Assembly: GCA_963707985.1 (NCBI GenBank)
Contig: CAVPRW010000022.1
Location: forward strand, 96,001 to 160,000
Length of the DNA stretch: 64,000 nucleotides
Source: an uncultured Nitrospinota bacterium
GTDB lineage: Bacteria > Tectomicrobia > Entotheonellia > J063 > CAVPRW01
Direction of reading: 5' to 3'
The notes below the pieces were generated by a model, which was not told the origin of the DNA, did not search any database, and saw only the letters and a program-made list of their open reading frames with translations. Both the position numbers and the translations under genes were made by a program. Shown here piece by piece: positions 11,101 through 22,838 of this stretch (positions within the stretch are counted from its first letter, which is position 1; every line of letters starts with the position of its first letter).

Positions 11101-12454
11101 TGGTCTGACCGAGACGCAACCCGCCATGCTGGCACATCACTATACCGAGGCGGGGTGCACAGAGCAGGCCATCGTTGCCTGGCAGCGGGCCGGCCAACAG
11201 GCGGCAGAGCACTCCGCGCATGTCGAGGCAATTGCCCACTTCCTCCGGGGGCTGTCGTTACTCCAGGAGCTACCGGACACACCCGACCGCACTCAGCAGG
11301 AGTTGCGCTTACAAACAAGTCTCGGCCCTGCACTGATGGCGATCAAGGGTTTTGCGGCACCCGAAGTGGAACGCGCCTACGCCCGAGCCCATGAGCTCTG
11401 CCAGGAGATGGGGGACACTCCCCAGCTGTTTGAAGTCCTACGGGGCCTGTGGCGGTTTTATGGGGTGCGGGCAGCGTTCCAGAAGACGCAAGCGCTGGGG
11501 GAGCAACTCCTCTGTCTCGCCCAACGCTCCCAGGACCCGGCGCTCCTCCTGGAGGCGCATCTCGCGCTGGGAAGTGGCTTGTTCTGGTGTGGGGAACTTG
11601 GCCCTGCCCAAGCGCACCTGGCGCAGGTCAGCACTCTCTATGATCCTCGGCTGCATCGTTCGCATGCCTTCCGCTACGGCTTAGATCCAGGAGTGGTGGG
11701 TCTCTCATATGCCGCCCACGCACTGTGGCTATCGGGTTACCCGGACCGGGCCCAGACGCAGAATGCTGAGGCGTTGAGCCTGGCTCATACATTGCCTCAT
11801 CCCCATACTCTCGCTCATGCCTTGGGCTTTGCAGCCTCGTTCTATCAGTTTCGCCGAGAGACGCAAGCCGTCAACGAGCATGTTGAGGCCTTGATGGCGC
11901 TGTCGCGCGAGCAGGAATTTGCTCAGTGGCTGGCATGGGGCGCCATGTTGCGCGGCTGGCTTCTGGTCGAGCAGGGCCAGGGCGTCGAAGGGTTGGCCCA
12001 CATGCGGCAGGGCCTGGATACCTTTGACGACATCGGGGCAGCGCTGGGACGGCCGTACTGGCTGGCCCTGCTGGCCGAGGCTTGGGGGAAGTTAGGGCAG
12101 ACAGAAGAGGGGCTACGAACCTTGGCGGAGGCGATGGAGGCCCTGCAGACCAGTGGGGAGCGTCGGTGGGAGGCGGAGATTTATCGCCTCAAGGGACAGC
12201 TGCTGCTGGCGTCTGGAGGCACGCGTGATGAAGAGGCGGAGGCGTGTTTCCAGCAGGCGCTCGACGTGGCCCGTCGGCAGCACGCGAAATCGCTAGAACT
12301 GCGGGTCGCGGTATACCTGAGCCACCTATGGAGGCACCAGGGCAAATGGGTCGAAGCCCGTCGGCTGTTGGGAACCGTCTATGGTTGGTTCACCGAAGGA
12401 TTTGCGACGGCCGACCTCCAAGCAGCTCAGGAGCTGCTCGCGGAGCTGAGCTGA
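8138..12454 (+). CDS. sigma54 activator AAA+ / Fis HTH / degenerate class III cyclase / STAND NTPase / TPR fusion protein
   Basis: GETGTGK, GAFTDA, LLLDEV, WPGNVREL, GGNVVRAAQLLG; FVGR..EL, GALGVGKSRL, IDNLHWID, GNPFFLEE; C-terminal TPR; GGAGG RBS. Confidence 0.9.
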   Translation: MTMAHSHPNPVDHPTHRLVGDAPAMAALRAQIRHLAPFDTLGSPAVPTLMLQGETGTGKGLVARVIHDSGPRAAGPFVEVNCAAIPESMLEAELFGFEAGAFTDAKRAKPGLFEAAVGGTLLLDEVDALPLVLQGKILTAIETKRVRRLGAVTERVVDIKLIAATNAVLEQRIATGHFRADLYHRLAVVVLALPPLRERGADVLLLARHLLQQYTTAHGVPRKRLSAEAEAWLQDYTWPGNVRELIHVMERVTLLHIGEEVDAGTLAQLGHPLTASVVKAEAALEPQKPEPVSALPAEAEQIRQALAQTGGNVVRAAQLLGLSRDTVRYRMQRYGIARANPSTPPSPASSVVRGTRVRASPPPRRVWSPLPTGAVTSDSSQEETNTEGSPEPRADVRDTATDKDLRDTIPAWEQKPIAVLALEVTWPEGSGLEPWPYDPWTVTARWTQALVDKVHGFGGALVQRTASLLIWVFGVPQALEQLPQRAVHSALAIRQMAVAPTAGDMPPYPEVRLAVHLGAVRVDSQAPDPVAHLLAVGETLALPVRLLGQAAAGEILVSPEVGRLVDGWVALEERPLHLRPGDPARLGGYAVMGVRIARPRSTTDHRTARSPFVGRHRELVLLDAVLEQVKAGRGQVVGLVGALGVGKSRLLDEFRQRLTGQHVRYAEGHCLAYGSVTPYLPILDLLREHCGMAVDDAPETLIAKLRTSLQQGQLDAVTTLPYLADLLGLPVDGNPFTNLSAEARKARTFEAVRLLFLTSSQHQPLILAIDNLHWIDPTSEALLASLVEGLAGAAVLLLATFRPGYLPFWLDKSYATQIALQPLGIDESLQVVRSVLRHASLTQALEQQLLAKAEGNPFFLEELAYTLREQVGEVSVLTISDSIQAVIAARIDRLPSDQRRLLQAASVIGKNVSVSLLQTITTLPEETLSRDIAHLQTTEFLSAVGGPPAPTYTFRHILIQETAYQSLSASIRRQYHQRIAQALARQFPGLTETQPAMLAHHYTEAGCTEQAIVAWQRAGQQAAEHSAHVEAIAHFLRGLSLLQELPDTPDRTQQELRLQTSLGPALMAIKGFAAPEVERAYARAHELCQEMGDTPQLFEVLRGLWRFYGVRAAFQKTQALGEQLLCLAQRSQDPALLLEAHLALGSGLFWCGELGPAQAHLAQVSTLYDPRLHRSHAFRYGLDPGVVGLSYAAHALWLSGYPDRAQTQNAEALSLAHTLPHPHTLAHALGFAASFYQFRRETQAVNEHVEALMALSREQEFAQWLAWGAMLRGWLLVEQGQGVEGLAHMRQGLDTFDDIGAALGRPYWLALLAEAWGKLGQTEEGLRTLAEAMEALQTSGERRWEAEIYRLKGQLLLASGGTRDEEAEACFQQALDVARRQHAKSLELRVAVYLSHLWRHQGKWVEARRLLGTVYGWFTEGFATADLQAAQELLAELS

Positions 12455-12490
12455 TAAGATCTTGGTACACTCTGGCCGAACTGTACAAGG

Positions 12491-12600
12491 AGTTCTGTTG
12501 CAAAAACTGGTTTTTGACGCTTTTGTCGAGAATCGTGTCTCGATATTTCCAAGGGTTACAGCCGTCAACAAGCGTACTTTTTGATTTTTGCAACAGAACC
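12491..12600. mobile_element. 110 bp MITE with IS6-family-like terminal inverted repeats
   Basis: AGTTCTGTTGCAAAAA ... TTTTTGCAACAGAACC (15/16 IR); GGTTCTGTTGCAAA is the IS257/IS1216-type end. Confidence 0.7.
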
Positions 12601-12695
12601 GTTCCTCCTGTCCACGTGATCTTAGGAGCATAACTGCTCTAACCACCCATCCATGCTCCTGTATGTTCTACCACCTGTGATAGGGACACTACCGT

Positions 12696-15600
12696 ATGGT
12701 CTATCGCTTTCACGACTATACCCTCGATGAGGGACGCCGTGAGCTGTGGCGGACGAGACAGCTCGTGGCCGTGGAACCCAAAGTGTTTCGGGTTCTCCTG
12801 TACCTCCTGCAGCACCGAGAGCGGATGGTGAGCAAGGAGGAGTTGCTTGAGCAGTGCTGGCCTAAGACCTTTGTCAGTGAAGCGGCCCTGACCCGTTGTC
12901 TCACCAAACTCCGCAAGGCGGTCCAGGCCGATGGCACCGCACCACCGATCATTAAAACCCTCCATGGCCACGGGTATCGTTTCGTCGCTGACGTCACACT
13001 CTTACCGCCGGAGTCGCGCCGGAGGCCGTTTCGTTCCCCGAAGTCAGGCACACACCCACGAGCGCTGCATCAACGCCGGTAGAGTCCCTCGCGCCAGCCG
13101 TTCCACCCAGCACCCATCAGATACGACTGGAGCCGCCTACGCCACCAAGGGAGGCACTCTCCGCGGCCGAACGTCGTCAGCTCACGGTCCTCTTCTGTGA
13201 CCTAGTGGGCTTCACCGCACTCGCCGATCAACTTGACCCGGAAGACTTTCGCGACATCACGGTGACCTATCACACCACGTGTGCCGAGGTGATTCACCGC
13301 TATGGTGGCCATATTGCCCAATACTTCGGCGACGGCTTGCTGGTCTATTTTGGCTACCCCTCTGCTCATGAAGACGATGCCCAACGCGCCATCCACGCAG
13401 GGTTAGACCTGCTCTCAGCTCTTGTCGACCTCAACCGCCGCCTCGTACAACCCTATGGCATCCATCTGAGGGCGCGTCTGGGCATTCACACCGGCCTCGT
13501 TGTCGTTGGAGAGGTGGGAGGTGGAGCGCAGTCCGGGCAGCTGGCATTGGGGGTGACGCCGAACATTGCCGCCAAGATACAGACGATGGGTGCTCCTGAG
13601 CGTGTGGTCATCAGTGGCGCCACGTATCGTCTGGTACAGGGCTATTTCGTGTGTCAGGACCTGGGTGAACATACGCTGCCGGGGGTAGCGGAACCGCTTC
13701 CGCTGTACCACGTCCTGCATGTCAGCGACGCGCGAGGACGGCTAGAGGCGGCGTCTTCCAGGGGCTTAACACCCTTGGTTGGGCGGGATGCCGAAATGGT
13801 CCTGCTTCAGGAGCGGTGGGCACAGGTGCAGGAGGGCATTGGCCAGGTGGTGATGCTCAGTGGGGAAGCGGGTATTGGCAAATCGCGGCTGGTGCGGGCG
13901 CTCATCGAGCGATTGGGGGAGACACCCTTGACGCGTCTGGAATGCCGCGGTTCCCCCTACTATCAACATACGGCACTGTATCCCGTGGTCGATCTATTGC
14001 AGCGCAGCTTACGGTTTGACAGTACGATACCCCCGGACGAGAAGATTAGACGTCTGGAAGGCCTGTTGCAGGCGCATCAACTGGACCTGCAGGAGAACCT
14101 GCCGCTCCTGGCGTCGCTTCTCTCGCTGTTCCCTCCAGCGGATCGCTATCCACCACGGCAGAGGAGTCCGCAGCAGCAGCGCCAACGGACTTTGGACACC
14201 CTCCTGACGCTCACGTTGGCCCGCGCCGAGCAGCAGCCCCTGCTCTTCATCGTCGAGGATCTGCATTGGATTGATCCTTCCACCCTGGAGTGGCTCGGGC
14301 TCTTAATCGATCAGGGACCGACCACCCGCATCCTCACGCTCATGACGTGTCGGCCGACGTTTCAGGCGCCATGGTGGGGACGCGCCCATGTGATTTCGTT
14401 GACGATCAATCGCCTCCTACCACAGCAGGTGGCGCAGATGGCACAGACCATTGTTGGGGCTGATGTCTTGTCTGCTGACCTCCTCGATCACATCGTGACC
14501 CGAACCGATGGAGTGCCGCTGTTTGTCGAAGAGGTCACCAGGTTTGTCTTGGCGTCACAGCGTCTGCATGGCCAGGCTGAAGAGGCGTTTGCCACTGCAC
14601 TATCCCCCGTCACCATTCCCACGACGCTGCATGATTTGTTGATGGCCCGTCTGGATCAGATGGGGGCGGCGAAAGGTACCGCACAACTGGCCGCGACGAT
14701 CGGGCGGGAATTTAGCTTTGCGCTTCTGCAGTCCGTTGCGTCCGTTGATGAACAGGCTTTACGCCAGGATCTGCGGCGGCTCGTCGATGCCGAACTGCTC
14801 TACCAGCGGGGTGTCGGCGCTCAGGCCACATACGTCTTCAAGCATACTCTGATTCAGGAGGCGGCCCATACATCTCTCTTGCGGCGAACGCGCCAGCACT
14901 ACCACCAGTGGATTGCTCAGGCCCTGGAGACGCAGTTCTCCGAGGTGGCGACAGTACAACCCGAGGTGGTGGCCCACCACTACACAGAGGCGGGGCTGCG
15001 TGCCCAGGCGCTCCCCTATTGGCAGCAAGCTGGTCAGCAGGCGCGTGAGCGCTCGGCCCATGCGGAAGCGATGGCGCATCTCACGAAAGGATTGGAGCTG
15101 CTGACGACTCTGCCAGAAACACCCGAGCGGGCTCGGCAGGAACTCTCTCTGCAGATCGCCTTGGGTGCAACCTTGGCCGTCACGAAGGGTTATGGCAACA
15201 CGGCAGCCGAACGTGTGTACTCCAGAGCTCGGGAGCTGTGCCAACAGACGGAAGACACGAGACAGCTGTTTCCCGTGCAGTGGGGGTTGTGGACCTGTTA
15301 TATCGTGCAGGCAAAGCAGCAATTGGCACGAGAGGTGGGGGAACAGCTCCTCCGCTCGTCTCAGCATGTCCAGGATTCCACCTTCCTCCTGGAGGCACAC
15401 CTCGCACTGGCAGGGAGTTTGCACGACCTGGGAGAGTTTACCCCTGCCCGTCACCACTGGGACCACAGTCTGGCCTGCTACGACCGCCAGCAGCACCGCT
15501 CTCATATCACGCACTTTGGCATGGATCTTGGTGTCTTCTCCCGTGCCATGATGTCCCATACCCTGTGGCATCTGGGCTATCCAGATCAGGCGCTCACCCG

Positions 15601-16303
15601 GAGCCACGAAGCCTTGGCTCTGGCCGAGGAACACGCCCACCCCTTTAGTCAGGCGATCGCGCTGGCCTATGCGATCATGTTGCATCAGTTCCGCCATGAA
15701 CAGCATACCGTCGACGAGCACACTGAGACAGCCTTGGCGCTGTGTACAGAACACGGGTTTGCGTACTACTGGGCGTGGGGAACGATCATCCAGGGCTGGT
15801 CATTCGTGGTGCAGGGACAGAGCGAAGCGGGTATAGAGCAGATGCGCCATGGCCTCGCCGCGCTGCGGAGCACGGAGGCGAAAAGGGCTCTACCCTACTA
15901 TCTCGCGTTGCTGGCTGAGGGGTATGGAGCAGTCGGGCAGACGGACGAGGGGCTATGTGTCCTTGCCGAGGCCTTTGCCGAAGTGGCCACAACCGCAGAG
16001 CGACGTTGGGAGGCAGAGTTGTATCGTCTCCAGGGAGAACTGCTGCTGCGGGCGCAAGGCAGCAGGCGAAAGGCAGAACGGACGCCAGAAGCGTGTTTCC
16101 GCCAGGCTCTTGCGGTCGCACGCCAGCAGCAGGCCAAGGCGTTGGAATTACGCGCCGCCGTGAGCCTGAGTCGCCTCTGGCAGCAGCAAGGGAAGCGCCA
16201 CGCGGCACGTCAGTTGTTGGCGGAGATCTACGGATGGTTCAGTGAGGGGTTTGACACCAGGGACTTGCAGGAAGCCAAGGCGCTGCTGGAGCAACTCGCG
16301 TGA
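12696..16303 (+). CDS. OmpR/CadC-type winged HTH / class III adenylate-guanylate cyclase / STAND NTPase / TPR protein; frameshift about 13020-13080
   Basis: ORF 12696: YRFHDYTLD..EPKVFRVL..IKTLHGHGYRF. Second frame: AERRQLTVLFCDLVGFT, YFGDG, GEAGIGKSRL, EDLHWID, TPR. Confidence 0.85.
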
Positions 16304-16389
16304 TCGGATGGCACCCACAGCGCCTCCCCGCCTCATGAGGCGGCTGAGACACGTCCCCAGCCGCCCCTGACGGTCGGACACCATCGTGC

Positions 16390-17770
16390 TTACACAGTTG
16401 GCTTGATATTCTGGTTCACACGAAATAGATTGGTCGGATCGTACATGTTCTTGACTGCCACCAAATGCTCGTAGTTGTCGCGATAGGTGGCCTTGACACG
16501 CTCTTGACCCTCGTCCATCATGAAATTGACGTACGCCCCACCCGCTGAGTAGGGATGCAGGGCTTCCCAGTAGGCCTTTGTCCACCCGCTGATCTTTTCG
16601 TTATTGGCAGGCTCTGGATCGACCCCCACGATGACCTGCGCCCAGGTGGCGTCACGGTAGCTCCACGCCGTGTCGTGCTTGCCAACCCGGTGCGCAGCGC
16701 CGTTAATCGGGTAGAGATGCATCGTTGATTGTCGCGTCGGAACCTCGGAGGCATAGGTCATGTGCAGCGCAATCGCGGCATCGCTCAACTCATTGACGAA
16801 GTCGGCTCTCCAGTACCACTGCAAGCCTGGTGGATACAGGGCATCAAATAGGCTTTGGAGGACTGGATACGGCAGCGGGCCGACCAGATCGAGCGCCGCG
16901 GGCCGGAAGCTGCGGATGGGCTTGAAGGCGGCCTCGGCCTGCTCCAGCCGGCCGGTATAGCACCACACAATACCACACATCGTCCGGTGGTGCAGATGTT
17001 CCGGGAACGGCGGCCCCAGGCGGCACGGTCAGGAACGCGAAGAAGCCATTTATTTCTTCCGGCGCCTGGGGGATAAACTCACGGTACCACTGCATGACCT
17101 CGGTTGCCTGGCTGAGGGGCCACAGCATCGGCCCAGCATAGACCGTGCTGATCGGGTGCAGCCGGAACAGGAATGAGGTCGCCACACCAAAGTTGCCCCC
17201 TCCGCCGCGTAAGCCCCAGAACAGGTCGGCATGCTCTTCGGCACTGGCGGTGACCAGACGCCCGTCTGCCAGGATCACATCGACGGCGAGGAGATTGTCA
17301 ATGGAGAGGCCACATGTGCGGGTCAAATGGCCGAGCCCGCCACCCAGGGTCAGTCCGCCCACGCCAGTGGTGGAGATAATGCCACTGGGTGTGGCCAAGC
17401 CAAAAGCATGCGTGGCGTGATCGACATCTCCCCAGGTGCCGCCCCCCTCAACACGGACCGTGCGTGCTGTGGGGTCGACGCGAATGCCCTTCATGCGGGA
17501 GAGGTCGATGACCAGACCATCATCACACGTCCCCAAACCACCGCCATTGTGGCCGCCACCCCGCACGGCGACGAGCATGTCGTGCTCGCGAGCGTAATGG
17601 ACCGCGGCCATCACGTCGGCGACATTGGCACACCGCACGATCAGGCGAGGATAGCGGTCAATCATGCCATTATAGACCTTGCGAGCTGCCTCGTAACCCG
17701 CATCATGGGCTTGCAGCAGCTCACCGCGTAGACGCGCCTTGAAAGCTTCTAGCATTGTTGCCGTAGGCAT
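16390..17770 (-). CDS. FAD-binding oxidoreductase with BBE domain; frameshift about 17015
   Basis: VRGGGHN, GVGGLTLGGG, LFWGLRGGGGNFG, AYVNF, KNMYDPTNLFRVNQNI; extra G in a G-run; GGAGG RBS. Confidence 0.9.
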
Positions 17771-17898
17771 AGTATCCTCCGTTATGTTTCTCGTTGTGCA
17801 ACGACTGTTGCTGACCGAGATTGTTGCAACCATGGTATCGACCCTGTACTGTCTGTAATGTATGTCGCGAGCAACCAGCGTGTCTTGACGAAAACCGA

Positions 17899-17931
17899 AC
17901 CGTTTCCGGACCATTTCTGGACCATCCCGGT
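17899..17931. repeat. Three imperfect 11 bp direct repeats in the divergent intergenic region
   Basis: ACCGTTTCCGG / ACCATTTCTGG / ACCATCCCGGT. Confidence 0.45.
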
Positions 17932-18227
17932 AGGATCGAGCGCTAGCGCCCGCATGAATTGTTGTGCGGGCCGCCGGCTCCGCCTCACTGCGCAGCACTG
18001 GCTTGCCGGACAGACGGGCAAAGAACTGCTTCAGACCAGGAGGATGTTGACCCGTGTGGGTGACCACGACGTCATCGCCCGCCTGCAAGGTATTGGTCTA
18101 GGATATTCATTCACCGATAGCATTGCTGGATCACTCTCAGCTGCCTACCGTCCCCCGCCTGGTCGGGCAGGTTCCGAGGCGAGGCTGCAATGCACCCCGC
18201 TGAGAGGCCACCCAGCAGAGGATAGAC

Positions 18228-21200
18228 ATGCCCGATGCCCCTTTTCCCCCAGCTGGCCATCCGACCGACCGGCTGATCGGGACGGCTCCTGCTATCGCCG
18301 CCCTATGCGCCCAGATCCGCCACCTCGCGGCTTTCGACACCCTGGGCAGCGCCCACGTCCCTGTCGTCTTGCTGCAGGGCGAGACCGGCACCGGCAAAGG
18401 GTTGATAGCGCGTGTCATCCACGACAGCGGGCCCCGGAGGGTAGGACCGTTCATCGAGGTGAACTGCGCAGCCATTCCCGAGACCATGATGGAGGCCGAG
18501 CTGTTTGGCTTTGAGCCGGGAGCCTTCACCGATGCCAAGCGCGCCAAGCCGGGGCTGTTCGAAGCGGCCTCGGGGGGCACACTGTTCCTGGATGAGATCG
18601 ATGCGTTGCCGGTCGCGTTGCAAGGCAAGCTACTCACCGCCATCGAGAGTAGACGGGTACGACGGCTGGGAGCCGTGACCGAGCGGACGGTGGATGTGAA
18701 GCTGATCGCCGCCACCAATGCGGTGTTACCCGAGGTGGTGACGGCTGGGAGATTCAGGGCCGATTTGTATCACCGGCTGGCGGTGGTAGTATTGGGACTG
18801 CCGCCGGTGCGTGAACGAGGCACGGACCTCCTCATCCTGGCCGAGGCTTTTTTACAGCGTTCTACCACTGTTCATGGGCTACCGCCTAAGCGTCTGAACA
18901 CCGCAGCCAAGGCCTGGTTGCAGGGATATAGCTGGCCGGGAAATGTGCGCGAGCTCAGCCATGTGATGGAGCGAGTGGCCCTGCTGCACATGGGGGAGGA
19001 AGTTGAGGCTGAGACCCTGATGCGTCTCTGTCAGCCCCTGACTACCAGCACAGTTGGTGCGAAGACCGAGCCAGCACATGATGAGGTGGCAGCAGAACAC
19101 GCTCTCCCGAGAGGGGCCGAGGAGATTCGGCACGCACTGTTGAAGACGGGAGGAAATGTGGCGCGGGCGGCGCGGCTGTTGGGGGTGAGCCGGGATACTG
19201 TGCGTTATCGTATGCAACGCTATGGAATCGCGCGGCCACGCCTGAGAGGACCGTCTCCGGCCGTGCCTCCTCGCTCGCCAGGTGAGAGCGCCCGAAATTC
19301 TTCCCCTCAGGACGAGGAGCATCGTCCTGAGCTGACGATTCCCTTGACCCTACCGTACGGGGAGGCGACACAGGAAGAGAAGATGGCCGTGCCACCAGTC
19401 GCCAACCTCGCGGCAGGGGTCGAGCCGGACGCTCCACCTCGAGGGCCAGCGTGGGAGCAGAAGTCGGTAACAGTCCTCGCCCTGGAGTTGGCATGGCCAG
19501 AGCGCTCCGGTAGCGAGCCAATCCGCTACGACCCCTGGACTGAAAAGGCGCGCTGGGAGCAGGCCGTTGGGGATAAGGTGCAGGGTTTTGGGGGCATACT
19601 CGTGCAGCAGACAGCCGCCGGATTCGTCTGGGTGTTTGGCGTGCCCCAGACCCTCGAGCAATTGCCCCAGCGGGCCGTACACAGTGCCCTGGCAATCCGA
19701 CAGATGGCGGTGGAAGCCACCGCTCCGGATCCACCCCCCTGCCCCACGGTGCGCCTGGCCGTGCATCTCGGCGCCGTGTGGGTGGACCATCAGGCCGCCG
19801 ACCCAGGGGCGCAGGTACGTGCTGTGGGCGAGACCTTAGCTCTGCCGGTGCGGATACTGGGGCAAGCCACCCCAGGGGAACTTCTGATCACCCCAGAGGT
19901 TGGACGTTTGGTGGATGGGTGGGTCGCCTTAGAGGCACGACAGCTGTGGGTCGCCACCGGGGACCCCATGCGGGTGGGTGGCTATGCTGTCATAGGAGTG
20001 AGCCCAGGGCGCGAGGTTGGGAGCGGGCGTTGGCGTCCAATTCAGAGTCCATTTGTGGGCCGGACGCGGGAACTCATGCTACTGGAGGCCATCTTTGAGC
20101 AGGTCACGGCCGGCCGTGGACAGGTGGTGAGTCTGGTGGGGCCACCCGGCATGGGCAAATCGCGGCTGCTCGCCGAGTTTCGCCGATGCCTCAGCTCGCA
20201 GCGGTTTCACTATGCCGAAGGACGCTGCCTGGCTTACGCGAGCGGCACGCCCTATGTGCCGATTGTGAACATGCTGCGAGATCTTTGCGGCATCGCCGCG
20301 GATGATAGCCCAGAGATACTCCGAACCAGGGTGCGTGCCAGCCTCCAACAGGTGGGCCTCAACTCCGATGCCAGCCTCCCGTACCTCCTCCACCTCCTAG
20401 ACCTACCTATCGAGCCTGATCAATTCGCGCATCTCAGCGCCGAATCCCGCAAGGCACGGACGTTTCAGGCCATAAGGGAGCTCTTCCTCGCCCGCAGTCG
20501 GCACCACCCAGTGGTCCTAGCCGTGGAAGACCTGCACTGGATCGATCCGACCTCCGAGGCTCTGCTGACGTCGCTCGTGGACGGGTTGGCGGGGGCCGCG
20601 ATCCTGCTGTTGGCGACCTGCCGTTCGGGGTATCGCGGCGCCTTGGCTGGACAGATCGTACGCCACCCAAATCGCTCTCCAACCGCTGGGCCCAGACGAG
20701 AGCCGGCAGGTGGTGCGCCGTGTGATGCGCGACATAGCTCTCCCCCCGGCGCTGGAGCAGCAGCTCCTGGCCAGGGGGGAGGGTAATCCCTTTTTTCTCG
20801 AAGAGCTCGCCTATACCGTACGGGAGCAAGGGGAGGGACATCCAGCCCCTACTGTGCCAGACACCATTCACGCCGTCCTGGCCGGCCGTATGGATCGTTT
20901 GCCAACACCCGAAAGGTATCTCCTGCAAGCCGCCTCGGTGCTTGGTAAGGACATCGCCGTGCCCTTGCTTCAGGCTATCAGCGAGCTGCCCGAGGCAAGG
21001 CTGCAGCAGGGGCTCGCCCAACTGCAGGCCGCTGAGTTTCTGCACGAGACACCAGTTCTTTCCCGAGCGCGAGTACACCTTCAAGCACGCCCTCACTCAT
21101 GAAATGGCCTACGGCAGTCTCCTCCAGGAGCGCCGGCGCGTCCTACACGCACGCATCGTCGTGGCTCTCGAAGCCTTCCTTGGCGATCAGGTCGCCGAGT

Positions 21201-22549
21201 CGGTTGAACAACTGGCCCATCACGCCCTGCGGGGAGAAGTATGGGATAAGGCCGTGGTGTACTGCCGGCAGGCGGGGGAAAAGGCTCAGGATCGCTCTGC
21301 CTACCGCGAGGCCGTGACATCCTTCGAGAAAGCGCTCGGAGCCTTGCAGTATCTACCAGAGGAACGTGCGACATATGAGCAGGCCATCGATCTCCGGCTG
21401 GCCCTGGGCTCGACGCTCCGACCGTCCGGAGATTTTGGCCGTAGCATGGAATACTCGCGTGAGGTGGAGTCACTTGCCGCCACCCTCGATGATCCTCGGC
21501 GACTAGGAGAGGTCTCTCTCCATCTGTCATACCATTTCTACATCATGGGTGCATACGACCAGGCTATTGTCGCCGCTCACCGTGCCTTGGAACGAGCCAC
21601 GGACTGCGGCGATGCCGTCCTGCACGCGCAAGCGAACATTTATCTCAGCGTCGCATACCGTGCTCTGGGTGATTATCGTGGGGCGATCAACTGCCTAGGA
21701 CAGAGCTTAGCGTCGCTTCAAGGGGAGCGACGCGGCGAACGATTTGGGCGCGTCTTCCTGCCCTCCGTGCTCTCCCGTGTCTACCTCACGACGTGCCATG
21801 CCGAGTTAGGCTCATTCGCCGCAGGCGAGGCTTTCGGGCAAGAAGGACTGCGGATTGCCGAGGAGGCTGGTCATATAGCAAGCCTCATGGTTGCTTCTTG
21901 GGCGGTCGGTATGCTGGGTCTCCGTCAGGGTGACCTGCGCAAAGCTATCCCCATGCTCGAACGGGCCATGGGCATCTGTCAGGATGCGGACATCCCGCTC
22001 TGGTTCCCCTGGATAGCTGCGGCTTTGGGGGCGGCATACACCGTAGGGGGGCGGGCAGCCGATGCCGTGCGGCTGCTCACGCAATCGGTGGAACAGGCTG
22101 TAGCAACGGGGCTGATCTTCTGTCAGACGCCCTCTTGCCATGCTCTCGCTGAGGCGCATCTTCTGGCTGGCCGCCTAGAAGACGCGCAGCCCTTGGGCGA
22201 GCGCGCCCTGGCGCTCGCCCAAGGGTACCAGGAACGGGGCCACGAAGCCTACGCCCTGCGGCTCATCGGTGAGATCGCGACGCGGCGCGAGCCCCACCAG
22301 GCCGAGCAGGCCGAAGTCCACTACCAGAAGGCTCTCGCCCTGGCTGCCGAACTTGGTATACGCCCGCTCGCGGCCCACTGCCATCGCAGTCTTGGCATGC
22401 TCTATCGCGGGACTGGGCAACAGGTGCAAGCCCGCACTGAGCTGTTGGCCGCCATCACCCTGTACCGGACCATGGAGATGACCTTCTGGCTGCCTGAAAC
22501 CGAAGCAGCGCTCGCACAAGTCCAGGGCGATGTGGAATGTCCCCCCTGA
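18228..22549 (+). CDS. Second sigma54 activator / Fis HTH / degenerate cyclase / STAND / TPR protein; frameshifts about 20635 and 21055
   Basis: Paralog of 8138..12454 (GETGTGK, GAFTDA, GPPGMGKSRL, EDLHWID) split over ORFs 18228, 20710 and 20942. Confidence 0.85.
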
Positions 22550-22781
22550 CACTGTGATGGTGGGGGCATGGAACTGTCCCAGCGCTCCCATGGCCCCTCT
22601 CCTCTTGAGTCGTCCGCCTGTATCCTGGAGACAGAACTACGTCCGTGCCAGATCCCCGTGCACCCCTACTTGCCCCCCAGCACGGCCATTATGTACCTGG
22701 TTTACTGAGGCGTCTTGCCAAGGAGGCAGGACGTGCAGACCTCGGGCGGGGAGACCAAGGAAGAGGCGACGGTAGCCCCCA

Positions 22782-22838
22782 CCCCCATTTCTGGGGGCAC
22801 ACGGGGGGCTGAGCCTCATATCACCTCCACTTATGGGG
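22782..22838. promoter_or_regulatory. Second copy of the paired palindrome
   Basis: CCCCC-ATTTCT-GGGGG (22782-22797) and CCTCC-ACTTAT-GGGG (22824-22838), again 42 bp centre to centre. Confidence 0.55.

Noticed and set aside
17871..17885. Possible sigma54 promoter for the FAD oxidoreductase (AGACAC-GCTGG-TTGC on minus strand)
   Set aside because: Lacks the invariant GG at -25/-24; could be a decayed site but not supportable
17771..18088. N-terminal extension of ORF 16844..18088
   Set aside because: The ATG at 17770 has a GGAGG RBS and family similarity starts there
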